DNA of 64,000 bases from Hydrurus foetidus (taxonomy: Eukaryota). A program made the translations under genes and the position numbers. The notes under the pieces are model-generated. The model made no database searches. It was not told where the DNA came from and saw nothing but the letters and a program-made list of their open reading frames with translations. The stretch is taken from contig UYFQ01000001.1 of the NCBI GenBank assembly GCA_900617105.1, forward strand, positions 3,410,001 to 3,474,000, read 5' to 3'. Position 1 is the stretch's first letter. Each line of letters starts with the position of its first letter. Of this stretch, positions 11,944 to 22,287 are shown in pieces.

Positions 11944-12168
11944 ATGGCTTATTTACATGCTCAACAACCCGCCAGTATTTCGCAAGCGCCTATCAAGGAG
12001 TTTCGAGTGCTGTACGTTGTTCTCTTCTGCGTCTTTTTGTTGCTTGCAATGATGGGCCAGACGTTGTTCATGGATTGGCGTACTTGGCTGCCAGGGGCAG
12101 AAGGCAAACGTCCGATGTATGAAAGCGTGAAGTCTGCTGTCTACACCGTGATCTCTCAACTTAGCTAA
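11944..12168 (+). CDS. Small membrane protein between pufB and pufA, possibly PufQ-like
   Basis: 74 aa, GGAG RBS, one TM helix after EFR, C-terminal WLPGAEG..SVKSAVYT. Confidence 0.7.
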   Translation: MAYLHAQQPASISQAPIKEFRVLYVVLFCVFLLLAMMGQTLFMDWRTWLPGAEGKRPMYESVKSAVYTVISQLS

Positions 12169-12182
12169 CTAAAGGAAATATT

Positions 12183-12374
12183 ATGTGGCGTATGTGGCGT
12201 ATGGTGGACCCCCGCAAGGCGATCATCTTGACAGGCTTAATGATTGCCTTCATCTCAACGAGCATCCATCTGATTCACATCAGTGGTGACCGTTACAACA
12301 TCAACACGTGGCACCCTGACACAGTCAAGGCCGCGAAAGCTGCGAACAACGCGGCGATGCCTCCATCGAAGTAA
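12183..12374 (+). CDS. pufA: Light-harvesting LH1 alpha polypeptide (divergent)
   Basis: MWRMWRMVDPRK N-terminus, TM helix with the IH ligand, S.DRYN; AAGGA RBS. Confidence 0.88.
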   Translation: MWRMWRMVDPRKAIILTGLMIAFISTSIHLIHISGDRYNINTWHPDTVKAAKAANNAAMPPSK

Positions 12375-12400
12375 ACGGCGGCATTTTTTGCCACCGGTGT

Positions 12401-12440
12401 GGTGAGCGAAGTCAGGCTGTTGTGGCCTGCTTCGCACACC
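12401..12440 (+). terminator. pufA-pufL intercistronic stem-loop (mRNA stability or partial termination)
   Basis: GGTGAGCGAAGTCAGGC-TGTTGTG-GCCTGCTTCGCACACC imperfect hairpin at the position where puf operons carry such a structure. Confidence 0.6.
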
Positions 12441-12512
12441 CCACCCCAGAATTTGTTTTAACAGTTTTTAATCCGAAACACGCCCACGAGCGTGTCGGGC
12501 AGAGGAGCCAAC

Positions 12513-13340
12513 ATGGCCATGTTGAGTTTTGAAAGAAAGTATCGCGTACGCGGCGGCACCCTCATCGGGGGTGATTTGTTCGACTTTTGGGTCGGGCCGT
12601 TTTACGTTGGCTTTTTTGGGATCGCGACCGCGTTTTTTGCGGCACTTGGCACGGCCATGATCATGTGGGGTGCTGCGCAAGGCGGCACATGGAACCCGTG
12701 GCAAATCAACATTGCTCCGCCAGACATTTCCAATGGGCTGCGCATGGCGCCCATCATGGCAGGCGGCCTGTGGCAAATCATCACTGTTTGCGCGCTAGGC
12801 GCATTCGTGTCATGGGCATTGCGCCAGGTTGAAATTTGCCGCAAGCTGGGTATGGGGCTGCATGTACCCATTGCATTTAGCTTCGCGATTTTTGCGTACT
12901 TCACGCTGCAAGTTATTCGCCCAGTGCTGATGGGCTCGTGGGGCCATGCTTTTCCTTACGGCATTTACAGTCACCTGGACTGGGTTAGCAACACCGCTTA
13001 CCAGTACCTGCACTTTCACTACAACCCGGCGCACATGATTGCTGCGACGTTATTTTTCACCACCACTTTGGCGTTGTCTTTGCACGGCGCATTGGTGTTG
13101 TCTGCAACTAACCCGGGCAAAGGCGAATTCGTCAAAACGCCCGAGCATGAAGACACCTTTTTCCGCGATGTGATTGGTTACTCGGTTGGCACGCTTGGCA
13201 TTCACCGTTTGGGCTTGTTCCTGGCGCTGGCCGCGGTGTGGTTTTCTGCGCTGTGCATTGTCATCAGCGGCCCGTTCTGGACCAAGGGTTGGCCTGAATG
13301 GTGGGGCTGGTGGCTGAACATGCCGATCTGGGGCCATTAA
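12513..13340 (+). CDS. pufL: Photosynthetic reaction centre L subunit
   Basis: [30 protein letters not shown]. Confidence 0.98.
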   Translation: MAMLSFERKYRVRGGTLIGGDLFDFWVGPFYVGFFGIATAFFAALGTAMIMWGAAQGGTWNPWQINIAPPDISNGLRMAPIMAGGLWQIITVCALGAFVSWALRQVEICRKLGMGLHVPIAFSFAIFAYFTLQVIRPVLMGSWGHAFPYGIYSHLDWVSNTAYQYLHFHYNPAHMIAATLFFTTTLALSLHGALVLSATNPGKGEFVKTPEHEDTFFRDVIGYSVGTLGIHRLGLFLALAAVWFSALCIVISGPFWTKGWPEWWGWWLNMPIWGH

Positions 13341-13362
13341 AAAAACACATGGGACATTAATC

Positions 13363-14337
13363 ATGGCTGAATATCAAAATCTTTTCACAACGGTTCAACC
13401 GACCGGCCCAGCGTCAGCGGGTGTGCCGCTACCGGCAGGCGACTCTGAGCGCATTGGCCCGCCTTTCTTTGTGCACCTGGCAGGTCGCTTGGGTAACGCG
13501 CAAATTGGCCCGGTTTACTTGGGCTGGTTGGGTCTTGCATCCATTATTTGCGGCACGCTGTCGTTCAATATCATTGGCTTTAATATGTTGGCGCAAGTGG
13601 ACTGGAATCCACTGCAAATGATTCGTCAGCTGTTCTGGTTGGCGCTTGATCCACCGCCGCCAAGCTATGGCCTGAGTATTCCGCCGCTCAATGATGGGGG
13701 CTGGTGGCTGACCGCAGGCTTCTTGCTCACCATGTCGCTCATGTTGTGGTGGACACGCATGTACCGTCGCGCTCGCCAACTCGGGCTGGGCACGCACGTA
13801 GCTTGGGCCTTTGCTGCAGCTATCTGGCTCTTTTTGGTGTGCGGATTTTTTCGCCCGGTGTTGATGGGTAGCTGGGGTGAATCGGTGCCGTTTGGTATCT
13901 TCCCGCACCTTGACTGGACAGCCGCTATTTCACTGCGCTACGGCAACTTGTTCTACAACCCGTTTCATGCGTTGTCGATTGTTTTCTTGTACGGCTCGGT
14001 GCTGCTATTTGCTATGCACGGCGCCACCATTCTTGCAGTGGGCCGCTACGGCGGTGAACGCGAGATTGAACAGATCATTGACCGCGGTACTGCATCAGAG
14101 CGAGCTGGTTTGTTCTGGCGCTGGACGATGGGCTACAACGCCACGATGGAATCTATTCACCGCTGGGCCTGGTGGTTTGCCGTGCTCTGCCCACTGGTGG
14201 GTGGCATCGGCATCTTGCTGACCGGCACCGTGGTCGACAACTGGTATTTGTGGTCTGTCAAGCACCATGTCGTGCCAAGTTACCCGGCTGTTTATGTGCC
14301 AACTATTGATCCCGCTTTGCTGGGAGTAAAACCATGA
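13363..14337 (+). CDS. pufM: Photosynthetic reaction centre M subunit
   Basis: [30 protein letters not shown]. Confidence 0.98.
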   Translation: MAEYQNLFTTVQPTGPASAGVPLPAGDSERIGPPFFVHLAGRLGNAQIGPVYLGWLGLASIICGTLSFNIIGFNMLAQVDWNPLQMIRQLFWLALDPPPPSYGLSIPPLNDGGWWLTAGFLLTMSLMLWWTRMYRRARQLGLGTHVAWAFAAAIWLFLVCGFFRPVLMGSWGESVPFGIFPHLDWTAAISLRYGNLFYNPFHALSIVFLYGSVLLFAMHGATILAVGRYGGEREIEQIIDRGTASERAGLFWRWTMGYNATMESIHRWAWWFAVLCPLVGGIGILLTGTVVDNWYLWSVKHHVVPSYPAVYVPTIDPALLGVKP

Positions 14338-15515
14338 TGATGCACACCACAATTAAATTACTGCTGGCCAGCACTGCAGCGCTGCTTATGGCGGGCTGCG
14401 AGCGCCCACCCATTGCAGTGTCGCAAACCGGCTTTCGCGGCACTGCGATGGAGCAGGTGTACAACCCGCGCACGCTGGCAACGCAGGCCGCCGTTAATAC
14501 CGCACCGGCTGTGTCTGCCGCGATTGTGGATGTACCGGGCACCCCGCGAGCTGGCGCAATTTACCAAAACGTCAAGGTGCTGGGCGACTTGAGCGTGGGC
14601 GAATTTGCCCGCACCATGAGCGCTATCACCGAGTGGGTAGCGCCGCAGCAGGGCTGTAACTATTGCCACGTAGCGGGTAATTTTGCTGACGACAGCGTGT
14701 ACACCAAAGTGGTGGCCCGCAAGATGCTGCAAATGACCCACAAGATTAATTCGGGCTGGAAAACCCACGTGGCAGAAACAGGCGTGACTTGCTACACCTG
14801 CCACCGCGGTAACAACATTCCGAAAGAAATCTGGTTCAAGCCTACCCAGCAAAAGTCGGCTGGTGGCTCCATGGGCAATGACTTTGGGCAAAACCGCGCG
14901 GCCAAAACCGTGGGCTTGTCGTCGCTGCCTTACGACCCCTTCACCCCGTACTTTTTGGACAACAAGCCTATCCGCGTGAACGGCAAAGAAGCCATGGCCA
15001 TGACGGGTACTGCGGCCAATCGCAACTCAACCAAGCAGGCTGAGCATACGTACGGTTTGATGATTCACTGGTCAAATTCATTGGGTGTGAACTGCACCTA
15101 TTGCCACAACACGCAAGCTTTTGCCGAGTGGGGCGCCAACGCCACGCCGCAGCGCGCTACCGCCTGGTACGGCATTCGCATGGCGCGTGAGTTGAACAAC
15201 GAGTACATGGTGCCGCTGACCAACGTGTTTCCGGCTAGCCGCTTAGGCCCCACCGGCGACGTAGCAAAAGCCAATTGCGCTACTTGCCACCAAGGCGCGT
15301 ACAAGCCGCTGTACGGTGCTGCCATGGCCAAGCATTACCCTGGCATGCAAGCACCTGTCAAACCGGCTGACCCAGCAGCTGCGCCTGCTGCCCCAGCGCT
15401 GCCACAAGCCGCCGCACCAGCAACGGTAAAGCCTGAAGTCAAGGCCGAAAGCCTGCCGAATGGCAAAGCCGCAGCACTGGTGTCCGCTGTTAAAGCCGAG
15501 GTGCTCGTCAAGTAG
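14334..15515 (+). CDS. pufC: Reaction-centre tetraheme cytochrome c lipoprotein
   Basis: Lipobox LMAGC-ERPP; four CxxCH motifs (CNYCH, CYTCH, CTYCH, CATCH); Ala/Pro-rich tail. Confidence 0.97.
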   Translation: MMMHTTIKLLLASTAALLMAGCERPPIAVSQTGFRGTAMEQVYNPRTLATQAAVNTAPAVSAAIVDVPGTPRAGAIYQNVKVLGDLSVGEFARTMSAITEWVAPQQGCNYCHVAGNFADDSVYTKVVARKMLQMTHKINSGWKTHVAETGVTCYTCHRGNNIPKEIWFKPTQQKSAGGSMGNDFGQNRAAKTVGLSSLPYDPFTPYFLDNKPIRVNGKEAMAMTGTAANRNSTKQAEHTYGLMIHWSNSLGVNCTYCHNTQAFAEWGANATPQRATAWYGIRMARELNNEYMVPLTNVFPASRLGPTGDVAKANCATCHQGAYKPLYGAAMAKHYPGMQAPVKPADPAAAPAAPALPQAAAPATVKPEVKAESLPNGKAAALVSAVKAEVLVK

Positions 15516-15578
15516 CCAGTTAACAGCACTGAGCCCCCATCGAACCCGCGGTTCGGTGGTGCGCGGTCAACTTTTTGT

Positions 15579-16316
15579 ATGCCGCACACTCAAAACTTCA
15601 GTCCAGCCACCCCGCTCGTTGCGCCGCAAAGCGCAACCGGTCAGGTGGCTGTTTTTTTGCTGGCCGACATTGACCCCACGCATCGGCTGTGGGGCTATGC
15701 GCGTTTTGTGATTCAACGGTTTTTTATGCGCACGGTGCCCGGGCTGGTGTTTTCCAAAGTCATGGGCAGCGGGTTTGAGGGTGGTTTTGGCCTCAGGCCC
15801 AGCGGGTCTCGCCAAGCATTGTTTTGCTTGTTTACCAATGAGGCAGCGGCCGACAGTTTTTTGGCGTCTGACATTGCCCGGTCGTATTCAAGCCGCTCGC
15901 GAGAGTTTTGCACCGCCAAGCTGCGCGCTTATTCATGCAAAGGCACGTGGGCTGGGCGGGCTATCGAGGTAACAGCCAACGCCCCGGCAAGTGGCCCCAT
16001 TGCCACGCTGACCCGCGCGTCTATCAAGCCAATGTCTGCGCGCCGCTTTTGGCGCATGCAGCCCGCCAGTGAGGTCTCGCTCAAGCAAGCCAGCGGCTGC
16101 CTCCTGGCTACTGGCGTCGGCGAAGCGCCGTTTTTTCGGCAGGCCACTTTCAGTTTGTGGACAGGGGTTGACGCCATGAATGCCTATGCCCGCACGGGCG
16201 CGCACCTGGCGGCTATTCAGGCAGCCAATGCAGGCGGTTTTTTTTCTGAATCGATGTTTGCGCGTTTCGTGCCGTTGGGGTTAACTGGCAGTTGGCGCGG
16301 ACAGCGCTACAGCTGA
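15579..16316 (+). CDS. crtA: Spheroidene monooxygenase
   Basis: KVMGSG.EGGF, ATLTRASI, GVGEAP..RQATFSLW, H..AI, ESMFARF. Confidence 0.9.
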   Translation: MPHTQNFSPATPLVAPQSATGQVAVFLLADIDPTHRLWGYARFVIQRFFMRTVPGLVFSKVMGSGFEGGFGLRPSGSRQALFCLFTNEAAADSFLASDIARSYSSRSREFCTAKLRAYSCKGTWAGRAIEVTANAPASGPIATLTRASIKPMSARRFWRMQPASEVSLKQASGCLLATGVGEAPFFRQATFSLWTGVDAMNAYARTGAHLAAIQAANAGGFFSESMFARFVPLGLTGSWRGQRYS

Positions 16317-16349
16317 TTGCAATTGCCAATTCGCCCTGAACATTCCACC

Positions 16350-17966
16350 ATGACTAACGCCGCCTTGCTTCAAACCAAACATGTGATTGTGGTCGGCGCC
16401 GGCATGGGCGGCTTGGTCAGCGCGCTGCTGCTGGCACACAGCGGCGTGCGCGTTACGCTGGTTGAAGCAGCCGCTGCGCCCGGCGGCAAAATGCGGCGCA
16501 TATTGGTGGGCGGTATGCCGGTGGATTCCGGCCCCACCGTGTTCACCATGCGCTGGGTATTTGAGCAAATTTTTGCGCAGGTCGGCAGCAACCTGGCCGA
16601 CGTCGTCAAGCTAAAGCCGCTTGATATTTTGTGTCGCCATGCTTGGCGCGGTGGCGATGAAGGCCTGGACTTATTTACTGACGTGAATCGCTCGGCAGAC
16701 GCCATTGCAAAATTCAGCTCACCCGCTGAGGCGCGGCGATTTAAAGACTTTTGCAAAAAAGCCAAACAAATTTACAGCCACCTTGAAGGCCCGTACATTC
16801 GCTCGTCACGCCCATCACTGGCCGGTATGGGGCTTGATTTGGGGCCGTCTGGCATGGCGGCGCTGGCCAGCTTGGGTCCGTTTGCTTCGCTGTGGCAAAC
16901 GCTGGGCCACTACTTTCACGACCCGCGTTTGCGCCAGCTGTTTGGCCGCTACGCCACCTACTGCGGCGCGTCGCCCTGGGCAGCGCCCGCCACCCTCATG
17001 TTGGTCGCGCATGTAGAGCTCGATGGCGTGTGGTCAGTTGACGGCGGCATGCACGCGCTGGCCAAAGCGTTCGCCACGCAGGCTGCGGCGCGCGGCGCTA
17101 TGCTGCGCTACAACTCGCCGTGCAAACGCATCCTGGTCACCGATGGCCGCGCAAGTGGAATCGAACTTGCAGACGGCGAGCAATTGCATGCCGATGCGGT
17201 TATTTTTAATGGCGACGCCAGCGCACTGGCACAAGGTTTGTTGGGCGACGCGGCCAAAAAAGCAGCCAGTGTCACGCCGCTGGACAAGCGTTCGTTATCG
17301 GCCATCACATGGTCAGTCAATGCCAAAACAGCTGGCTTTCCGCTGGTCAGGCACAACGTGTTTTTCGACGAAGACTACGCGCTTGAGTTTGATGAAATTT
17401 TTAAACAACACAAGCTGCCCAGTCGCGGCACGGTCTATGTGTGCGCCCAAGACCGCAACGATGACGCGCAAACTATTGCTGGCAACGAACGCCTGCTGTG
17501 CCTGGTCAATGCGCCTGCGGTGGGCGACCAGATGGCAGGTCATTATTTATCTGATTCGGAGATTCAATCATGTCAGGAGCAAAGCCTCAAACTGCTGGGC
17601 CAATGCGGCCTGGCGCTGGATTTGACTTCAGCCACAGCGCACCACGTGCGCACCACGCCGAACGAGTTCAACCGGCTGTTTCCGGGGACGGGCGGGGCGC
17701 TGTACGGTCAGGCGTCGCACGGGTGGATGACGCCTTTTCAAAGGCCGAGCTCGGCCAGCAAACTACCGGGGCTGTACCTGGCGGGGGGCAGCGTGCACCC
17801 GGGGCCGGGGGTGCCAATGGCGGCGCTGTCGGGCCAACTGGCGGCCGCCACAGTCATGGCGCACCTCGCTTCGACCAAGCCGTTGGGCCGGGTGCGTATC
17901 TCTGGTGGTACGTCGACGCCATCAGTGACGACGGCCAGTACGCGCTCAGCATCATCGCCTTTGTAG
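16350..17966 (+). CDS. crtD: 1-hydroxycarotenoid 3,4-desaturase
   Basis: GAGMGGL, DSGPTVFTMRWVF, GGSVHPGPGVPMAALSG. Confidence 0.93.
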   Translation: MTNAALLQTKHVIVVGAGMGGLVSALLLAHSGVRVTLVEAAAAPGGKMRRILVGGMPVDSGPTVFTMRWVFEQIFAQVGSNLADVVKLKPLDILCRHAWRGGDEGLDLFTDVNRSADAIAKFSSPAEARRFKDFCKKAKQIYSHLEGPYIRSSRPSLAGMGLDLGPSGMAALASLGPFASLWQTLGHYFHDPRLRQLFGRYATYCGASPWAAPATLMLVAHVELDGVWSVDGGMHALAKAFATQAAARGAMLRYNSPCKRILVTDGRASGIELADGEQLHADAVIFNGDASALAQGLLGDAAKKAASVTPLDKRSLSAITWSVNAKTAGFPLVRHNVFFDEDYALEFDEIFKQHKLPSRGTVYVCAQDRNDDAQTIAGNERLLCLVNAPAVGDQMAGHYLSDSEIQSCQEQSLKLLGQCGLALDLTSATAHHVRTTPNEFNRLFPGTGGALYGQASHGWMTPFQRPSSASKLPGLYLAGGSVHPGPGVPMAALSGQLAAATVMAHLASTKPLGRVRISGGTSTPSVTTASTRSASSPL

Positions 17967-18796
17967 GCAGCGTTTTTTCGCCGTACTACGCCCACGCTAT
18001 TGGCAGGCAAGGCAGTGCCGTAAATGCACAAAACCACTGCGCCATTAATGTTGCGCTTTACGGCCCGGGCAGCCGCCGCTGGGCCATGACCGAGCGCGGC
18101 AGCAATAGCGTTGAACGCAATGCCGAACAATTGGTGATTGGCCCCAGCCAGCTCAAGTGGACAGGCGATCATTTGCAAATTGACTTGAACGAAGTCAGCG
18201 TGCCCCTGCCGCAGCGCGTGCGCGGCACAGTGCGCGTGTACCCGCAAGCGTTATGCAACTATTCAGCCAATCTAGACGACCAGGGCAAACACCGCTGGGG
18301 CCCGATTGCGCCTTGCGCCCGGGTTGAAGTTGACTTGCAAAAACCCGCCCTCAAGTGGCAAGGCCACGGCTACCTTGACAGCAACGAGGGCGACGAGCCC
18401 ATCACCGGGCCGTTCAAAACCTGGGACTGGTCGCGTGCCCGCTTGCTTGATGGCAGCACCGCGGTGATTTACGACGTGACGCAATTGAGCGGCGTGCAAA
18501 CCGTGCTGGCCGAGCGCTTTAAACCTGATGGCAGCCACGAACCCTTCACGCCCGCCACCCAACGCGAGCAATTGCCCAGTACCTGGTGGCGCGTTGATCG
18601 CGGCGTGCGCTCGGGTGGTGGCACAACGCAAGTGTTAGACACCCTTGAAGACACGCCGTTTTACGCACGCAGCCTGCTGCAGACCACGCTGCTTGGCGAG
18701 CGCGTGACCGCTGTGCACGAAACGCTTGAACCCCAGCGCTTAAAGAGCCGAGCGGTGCAAATGATGTTGCCCTGGCGCATGCCGCGCCGCGCTTGA
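17570..18796 (+). CDS. crtC: Carotenoid 1,2-hydratase; overlaps crtD, start uncertain
   Basis: PRFD..V.PGAYLWWYVDA, IIAFVGSVFSPYY, YLDSNEGDEP, EDTPFYARS, MLPWRMPRR. Confidence 0.92.
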   Translation: MSGAKPQTAGPMRPGAGFDFSHSAPRAHHAERVQPAVSGDGRGAVRSGVARVDDAFSKAELGQQTTGAVPGGGQRAPGAGGANGGAVGPTGGRHSHGAPRFDQAVGPGAYLWWYVDAISDDGQYALSIIAFVGSVFSPYYAHAIGRQGSAVNAQNHCAINVALYGPGSRRWAMTERGSNSVERNAEQLVIGPSQLKWTGDHLQIDLNEVSVPLPQRVRGTVRVYPQALCNYSANLDDQGKHRWGPIAPCARVEVDLQKPALKWQGHGYLDSNEGDEPITGPFKTWDWSRARLLDGSTAVIYDVTQLSGVQTVLAERFKPDGSHEPFTPATQREQLPSTWWRVDRGVRSGGGTTQVLDTLEDTPFYARSLLQTTLLGERVTAVHETLEPQRLKSRAVQMMLPWRMPRRA

Positions 18797-18808
18797 GGAT
18801 AAAAAACC

Positions 18809-19273
18809 ATGGTTGCTAACGACACCGTTAAAGTTTTGCATGTGCTGTCCGCCTGCCTGTTTTTAGGCAACGTCGTGGTCAGCGGTACGTGGGCGTTTTT
18901 AGCCGAACGCACGCGCAATTTTGAAGTCATTTCTTTCAGCAACCGCTTGGTGCTGATTACTGACTTGATGTTCACACTCACAGGCGCGCTGCTGGTGGTG
19001 TACACCGGCTCGCTCATGGCGCACCGGTACGACGGCGCGCCCGCTGCATCGCAGGCGTGGATCACCTGGTCGTACATGCTGTTTGGTTTGTCGGGGCTTA
19101 TTTGGGCGCTGGTGCTGGTGCCGATTCAATTGCGCCAGCGCGTGCTGCTCAAGCGCGACCAAGCCGTGACCACGGAGTATTTAAAACTCTCACGCGTGTG
19201 GCAAATCAGCGGCGCCATTGCTACTGTAGTGCCGCTGCCGATTGTGTATTTGATGATCATCAAAGGCATTTGA
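18809..19273 (+). CDS. DUF2269-like integral membrane protein
   Basis: K.LHVLSA..FLG, TDLMFT, LVPIQ, W...G..A, YLMIIK. Confidence 0.75.
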   Translation: MVANDTVKVLHVLSACLFLGNVVVSGTWAFLAERTRNFEVISFSNRLVLITDLMFTLTGALLVVYTGSLMAHRYDGAPAASQAWITWSYMLFGLSGLIWALVLVPIQLRQRVLLKRDQAVTTEYLKLSRVWQISGAIATVVPLPIVYLMIIKGI

Positions 19274-19293
19274 TTGCAGCCGACAGCCGCGCC

Positions 19294-20166
19294 ATGAAAG
19301 GTCAAGTGGTCTTGATCACTGGCGGTGCATCGGGCATTGGCGCCGCCACGGCCAAAGCACTGCTGGCTTGCGGCGCAGTGCCCGTGCTGATCGACTGCGA
19401 CAGCGCCAACCTGGCCGCCACTGCCGCGCAGCTGGGCGGGGTGCTTTCTTTTTGTGTGGACGTCACCGACCTTGCCGCCTGTGAGGCCGCCGTGGCGCAA
19501 ACGATTGCCACGCACGGCCGCATCGACGTGGTGTGGGCCAACGCCGGTATCGCGTCGTTCGGCCCGCTGCTGCTGACTGACCTTGACGCGTTCAAGCGCT
19601 GCGTTGAAGTCAATGTGTTTGGCACGCTCAACATCGTGCGCGCCGCGCTGCCAGCGGTTATTGCGCAGCGCGGCTACGTGCTGGCTACCGCGTCGGTATC
19701 AAGTTTTGCGCACCCGCCTGCGGTGTCTAGCTACGCTGCATCTAAAGCAGCAATTGAAGCCATGTGCAACTGCTGGCGCATTGAGCTGGCCGCGCACGGC
19801 GTAGGCGTGGGCACTATCTACGCGTCGTGGGTACAAACGCCGCTGGTGACAGAAGGCGACATGCACCCGGCCTTTGTGCGCCTGAAAAGCACCATGCCTG
19901 CACCGCTGCGCCGCGCCATTCCGGCCAGCCAGGCGGCCGACATGATCATCAAAGGCATTGCACAGCGCAAGCGCCGCATTTGGGTGCCAGGCTGGGTGCG
20001 CGTGCTGCACTGGCTACGGGTTGCGCTGGCCACGCCGCTGGCTGAACGGCAGCTTTTAAAAGCCGCGCCTGACATGGAGCAAATGTTTTTGCAAACCATT
20101 GCCACCAGTGGCGTCAAGGCATCGTCAGTGGCACCGCGCGAGTTGGCGCGTGAGGCTGCTGATTAA
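19294..20166 (+). CDS. Short-chain dehydrogenase/reductase
   Basis: TGGASGIG, NAGI, YAASK. Confidence 0.9.
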   Translation: MKGQVVLITGGASGIGAATAKALLACGAVPVLIDCDSANLAATAAQLGGVLSFCVDVTDLAACEAAVAQTIATHGRIDVVWANAGIASFGPLLLTDLDAFKRCVEVNVFGTLNIVRAALPAVIAQRGYVLATASVSSFAHPPAVSSYAASKAAIEAMCNCWRIELAAHGVGVGTIYASWVQTPLVTEGDMHPAFVRLKSTMPAPLRRAIPASQAADMIIKGIAQRKRRIWVPGWVRVLHWLRVALATPLAERQLLKAAPDMEQMFLQTIATSGVKASSVAPRELAREAAD

Positions 20167-20326
20167 ACCAGCTTTCATTTGCTATTTAATCAGTAGCTGC
20201 TCATTCCCGTATTTATTGGGCTACAGGCCGTATTTATTGCTGTTTTAGCCGCTTTGCAGCCATTACACAGCCGTTATACAGCCGCTTTTCGGCAGCTTCG
20301 GCGCTTGGGCCAACCCGGCTAACGCT

Positions 20327-20725
20327 TCACACCACTGGCGTGGTCATGACTTTGCCGGACTCAATCAGCCAGTCAATGTGCGCCAGCAGTTGCTCGCCGG
20401 TGGCGGTGGCCAGCTCGTACGCGTTGGCTTCGCTCATGTCGACATGCGCCATTGACCATTTGCCATAGCGCCGACCCGTGATGTTTTCAGTTGAAATCAG
20501 CACCACGTTTTTGTGCCGCGTGTCTGCCGTGATGCGCTCGTACAGCGCCTCCAGCGTGCCCTTGTCGCCTTCCAGCGCTTGCAAGTACATGCCTTGCCCC
20601 TGGCACAGCACACCGGTGATGTTGTTTTCAGTGTTGTAGGCTTGCGCGGCCTGCAAAATAGTGCCCGTCACGGCGGTGGTGAGGGGGCCGACAGCGGTGC
20701 TGGAGTAAAGCATTCGGACGAGCAT
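20327..20725 (-). CDS. BLUF domain protein 1 (short)
   Basis: LYSS, N..NNITGVL, LQALEG, D.RH, WSM. Confidence 0.9.
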   Translation of the reverse strand: MLVRMLYSSTAVGPLTTAVTGTILQAAQAYNTENNITGVLCQGQGMYLQALEGDKGTLEALYERITADTRHKNVVLISTENITGRRYGKWSMAHVDMSEANAYELATATGEQLLAHIDWLIESGKVMTTPVV

Positions 20726-20941
20726 AGCGTAGTACCTTTGGGTTGCGTGTATTTTAGCGGCGCGTTTTACTGAACAGCACCCGCGGCGCGGTGCCCACAC
20801 AACGCAGCAAGTTTTGCTACTGCTCAGCCGCTGGTTTGGCTTAACCCCAGGCAAATGAAGTGAACGCCGCTTGCGCCAAAATAAAAGCGTCAAGCTTCAA
20901 CAGCTCATTTTCTGCACCTCTAACTCCTCTACTTTTCCACC

Positions 20942-21337
20942 ATGCTCACCCAAGTAAGTGATTTGATCATTGCCGCCAACGTCGGCATCATGCTGTTTTT
21001 CTCAGTAGCCGTGGCGCCCACTATTTTTATGGTGCTGCCGCCTGAATGGTCAGCTGCGTATGTGCGCAAGTTTTTCCCCAAGTACTTTTTGTTTTTAGGT
21101 ATCACCAGTGCCATCGCCGCCGCGCTACACAGTGCGCCCGCTGCACAAATCAGCCTGGCCGCTTGCGCAATTGTGTTTTTCTTCAGTGTGTTTTGGCTCA
21201 CCCCGCGCATCAATGCCGCCAAAGATAGCAAGCAAATGAAAACCTTCAACCTGCTGCACTACACCAGCGTGGGCCTTAATTTAATTCAGCTCGCCGTGAT
21301 GATTTGGCTGCTGGTTAAAAGCGTGTTGGCTGCCTGA
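20942..21337 (+). CDS. DUF4149-like membrane protein
   Basis: FFS..VAPTIF..L, VRKFFPKYF, LTPRIN, F..LH..SV. Confidence 0.7.
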   Translation: MLTQVSDLIIAANVGIMLFFSVAVAPTIFMVLPPEWSAAYVRKFFPKYFLFLGITSAIAAALHSAPAAQISLAACAIVFFFSVFWLTPRINAAKDSKQMKTFNLLHYTSVGLNLIQLAVMIWLLVKSVLAA

Positions 21338-21407
21338 TTGCCAATGCCCTTGGGCGCGCTGGCTGCGGTAAACGCTGGCAAACTTTCGGCTTTTACTGAA
21401 ACGCACC

Positions 21408-21827
21408 ATGCTGATACAACTTACCTACGCAAGTCGCACCTCAAAAACTATCGTGCCTGAGGACCTCAAATCCATCCTGGCGGCATCGCAGCGCAACAAC
21501 ACGCGAGTAGGTGTTACAGGCGCGCTGTGCTTGGCTAACGGCATTTTTTTGCAGCAGCTCGAGGGCGACCGCACGGCAGTCAACAATCTGTACCACCGCA
21601 TTTTGCTCGACCCGCGCCATCGCGACCCTGCGATTTTGGACTTCAACGAAATTCCGGCGCGCAAATTCACGCAGTGGTCAATGGGGTCGCTGTCGTCGCT
21701 GGAATCAAACCGAGCCATCTACCTTAAGTACTCCCGCTCAGCCAGTTTCGACCCGTACACGATGAGTCCCAGCACGTTGCGCGCATTTTTTGACGAAATC
21801 ATGCACAACGCAGCCTGGCTGGGCTGA
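21408..21827 (+). CDS. BLUF domain protein 2 (short)
   Basis: LTYASR, NN..GVTGAL, FLQQLEG, DPRH, F..WSM, FDPY tail. Confidence 0.93.
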   Translation: MLIQLTYASRTSKTIVPEDLKSILAASQRNNTRVGVTGALCLANGIFLQQLEGDRTAVNNLYHRILLDPRHRDPAILDFNEIPARKFTQWSMGSLSSLESNRAIYLKYSRSASFDPYTMSPSTLRAFFDEIMHNAAWLG

Positions 21828-21875
21828 CCCGTAGGGGTCATACGGGTCAACTAGCTATTACCGCAATGCAGTTTT

Positions 21876-22109
21876 ATGGGTAAACGCACCTCACCCCGCG
21901 CGATTGAAGACGCCAACGATTTAAGTCAGCTTGGCAACATCGTGCAAGACAAGCGCATCGGCAAACGATCAGGCGCCAAAAAAGGCCGGCGCAATCGCCA
22001 CTATGAAAAACAGTTGATCAGAAATGCGATTACTGCTGGTGTGTTGAACAGCGTCGACAACGCTGATGCGAGCGGCCCCGCTGGTGATTCGGCGAGTCCT
22101 GATTTTTAA
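21876..22109 (+). CDS. Small basic hypothetical protein
   Basis: ATG-initiated 77-aa ORF with a K/R-rich core (DKR..KR..AKK.RRNRHYEK). Confidence 0.6.
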   Translation: MGKRTSPRAIEDANDLSQLGNIVQDKRIGKRSGAKKGRRNRHYEKQLIRNAITAGVLNSVDNADASGPAGDSASPDF

Positions 22110-22287
22110 TTGGGCCGTCAGCTAACTGCTATGTATTAATGAGCTCTTCGCGCCCGTGTTGATTGGGCTAGAGCCGGATTTGAGTCCTATTTTTGCTCTA
22201 TTTGGCTCGGCCATGCCCTTTTTTGAGGGCCGCTGCGCCGCTCGTCCAGCCCATTGCCAATCGCCACTTCAGCACAAAATAGTCTCC

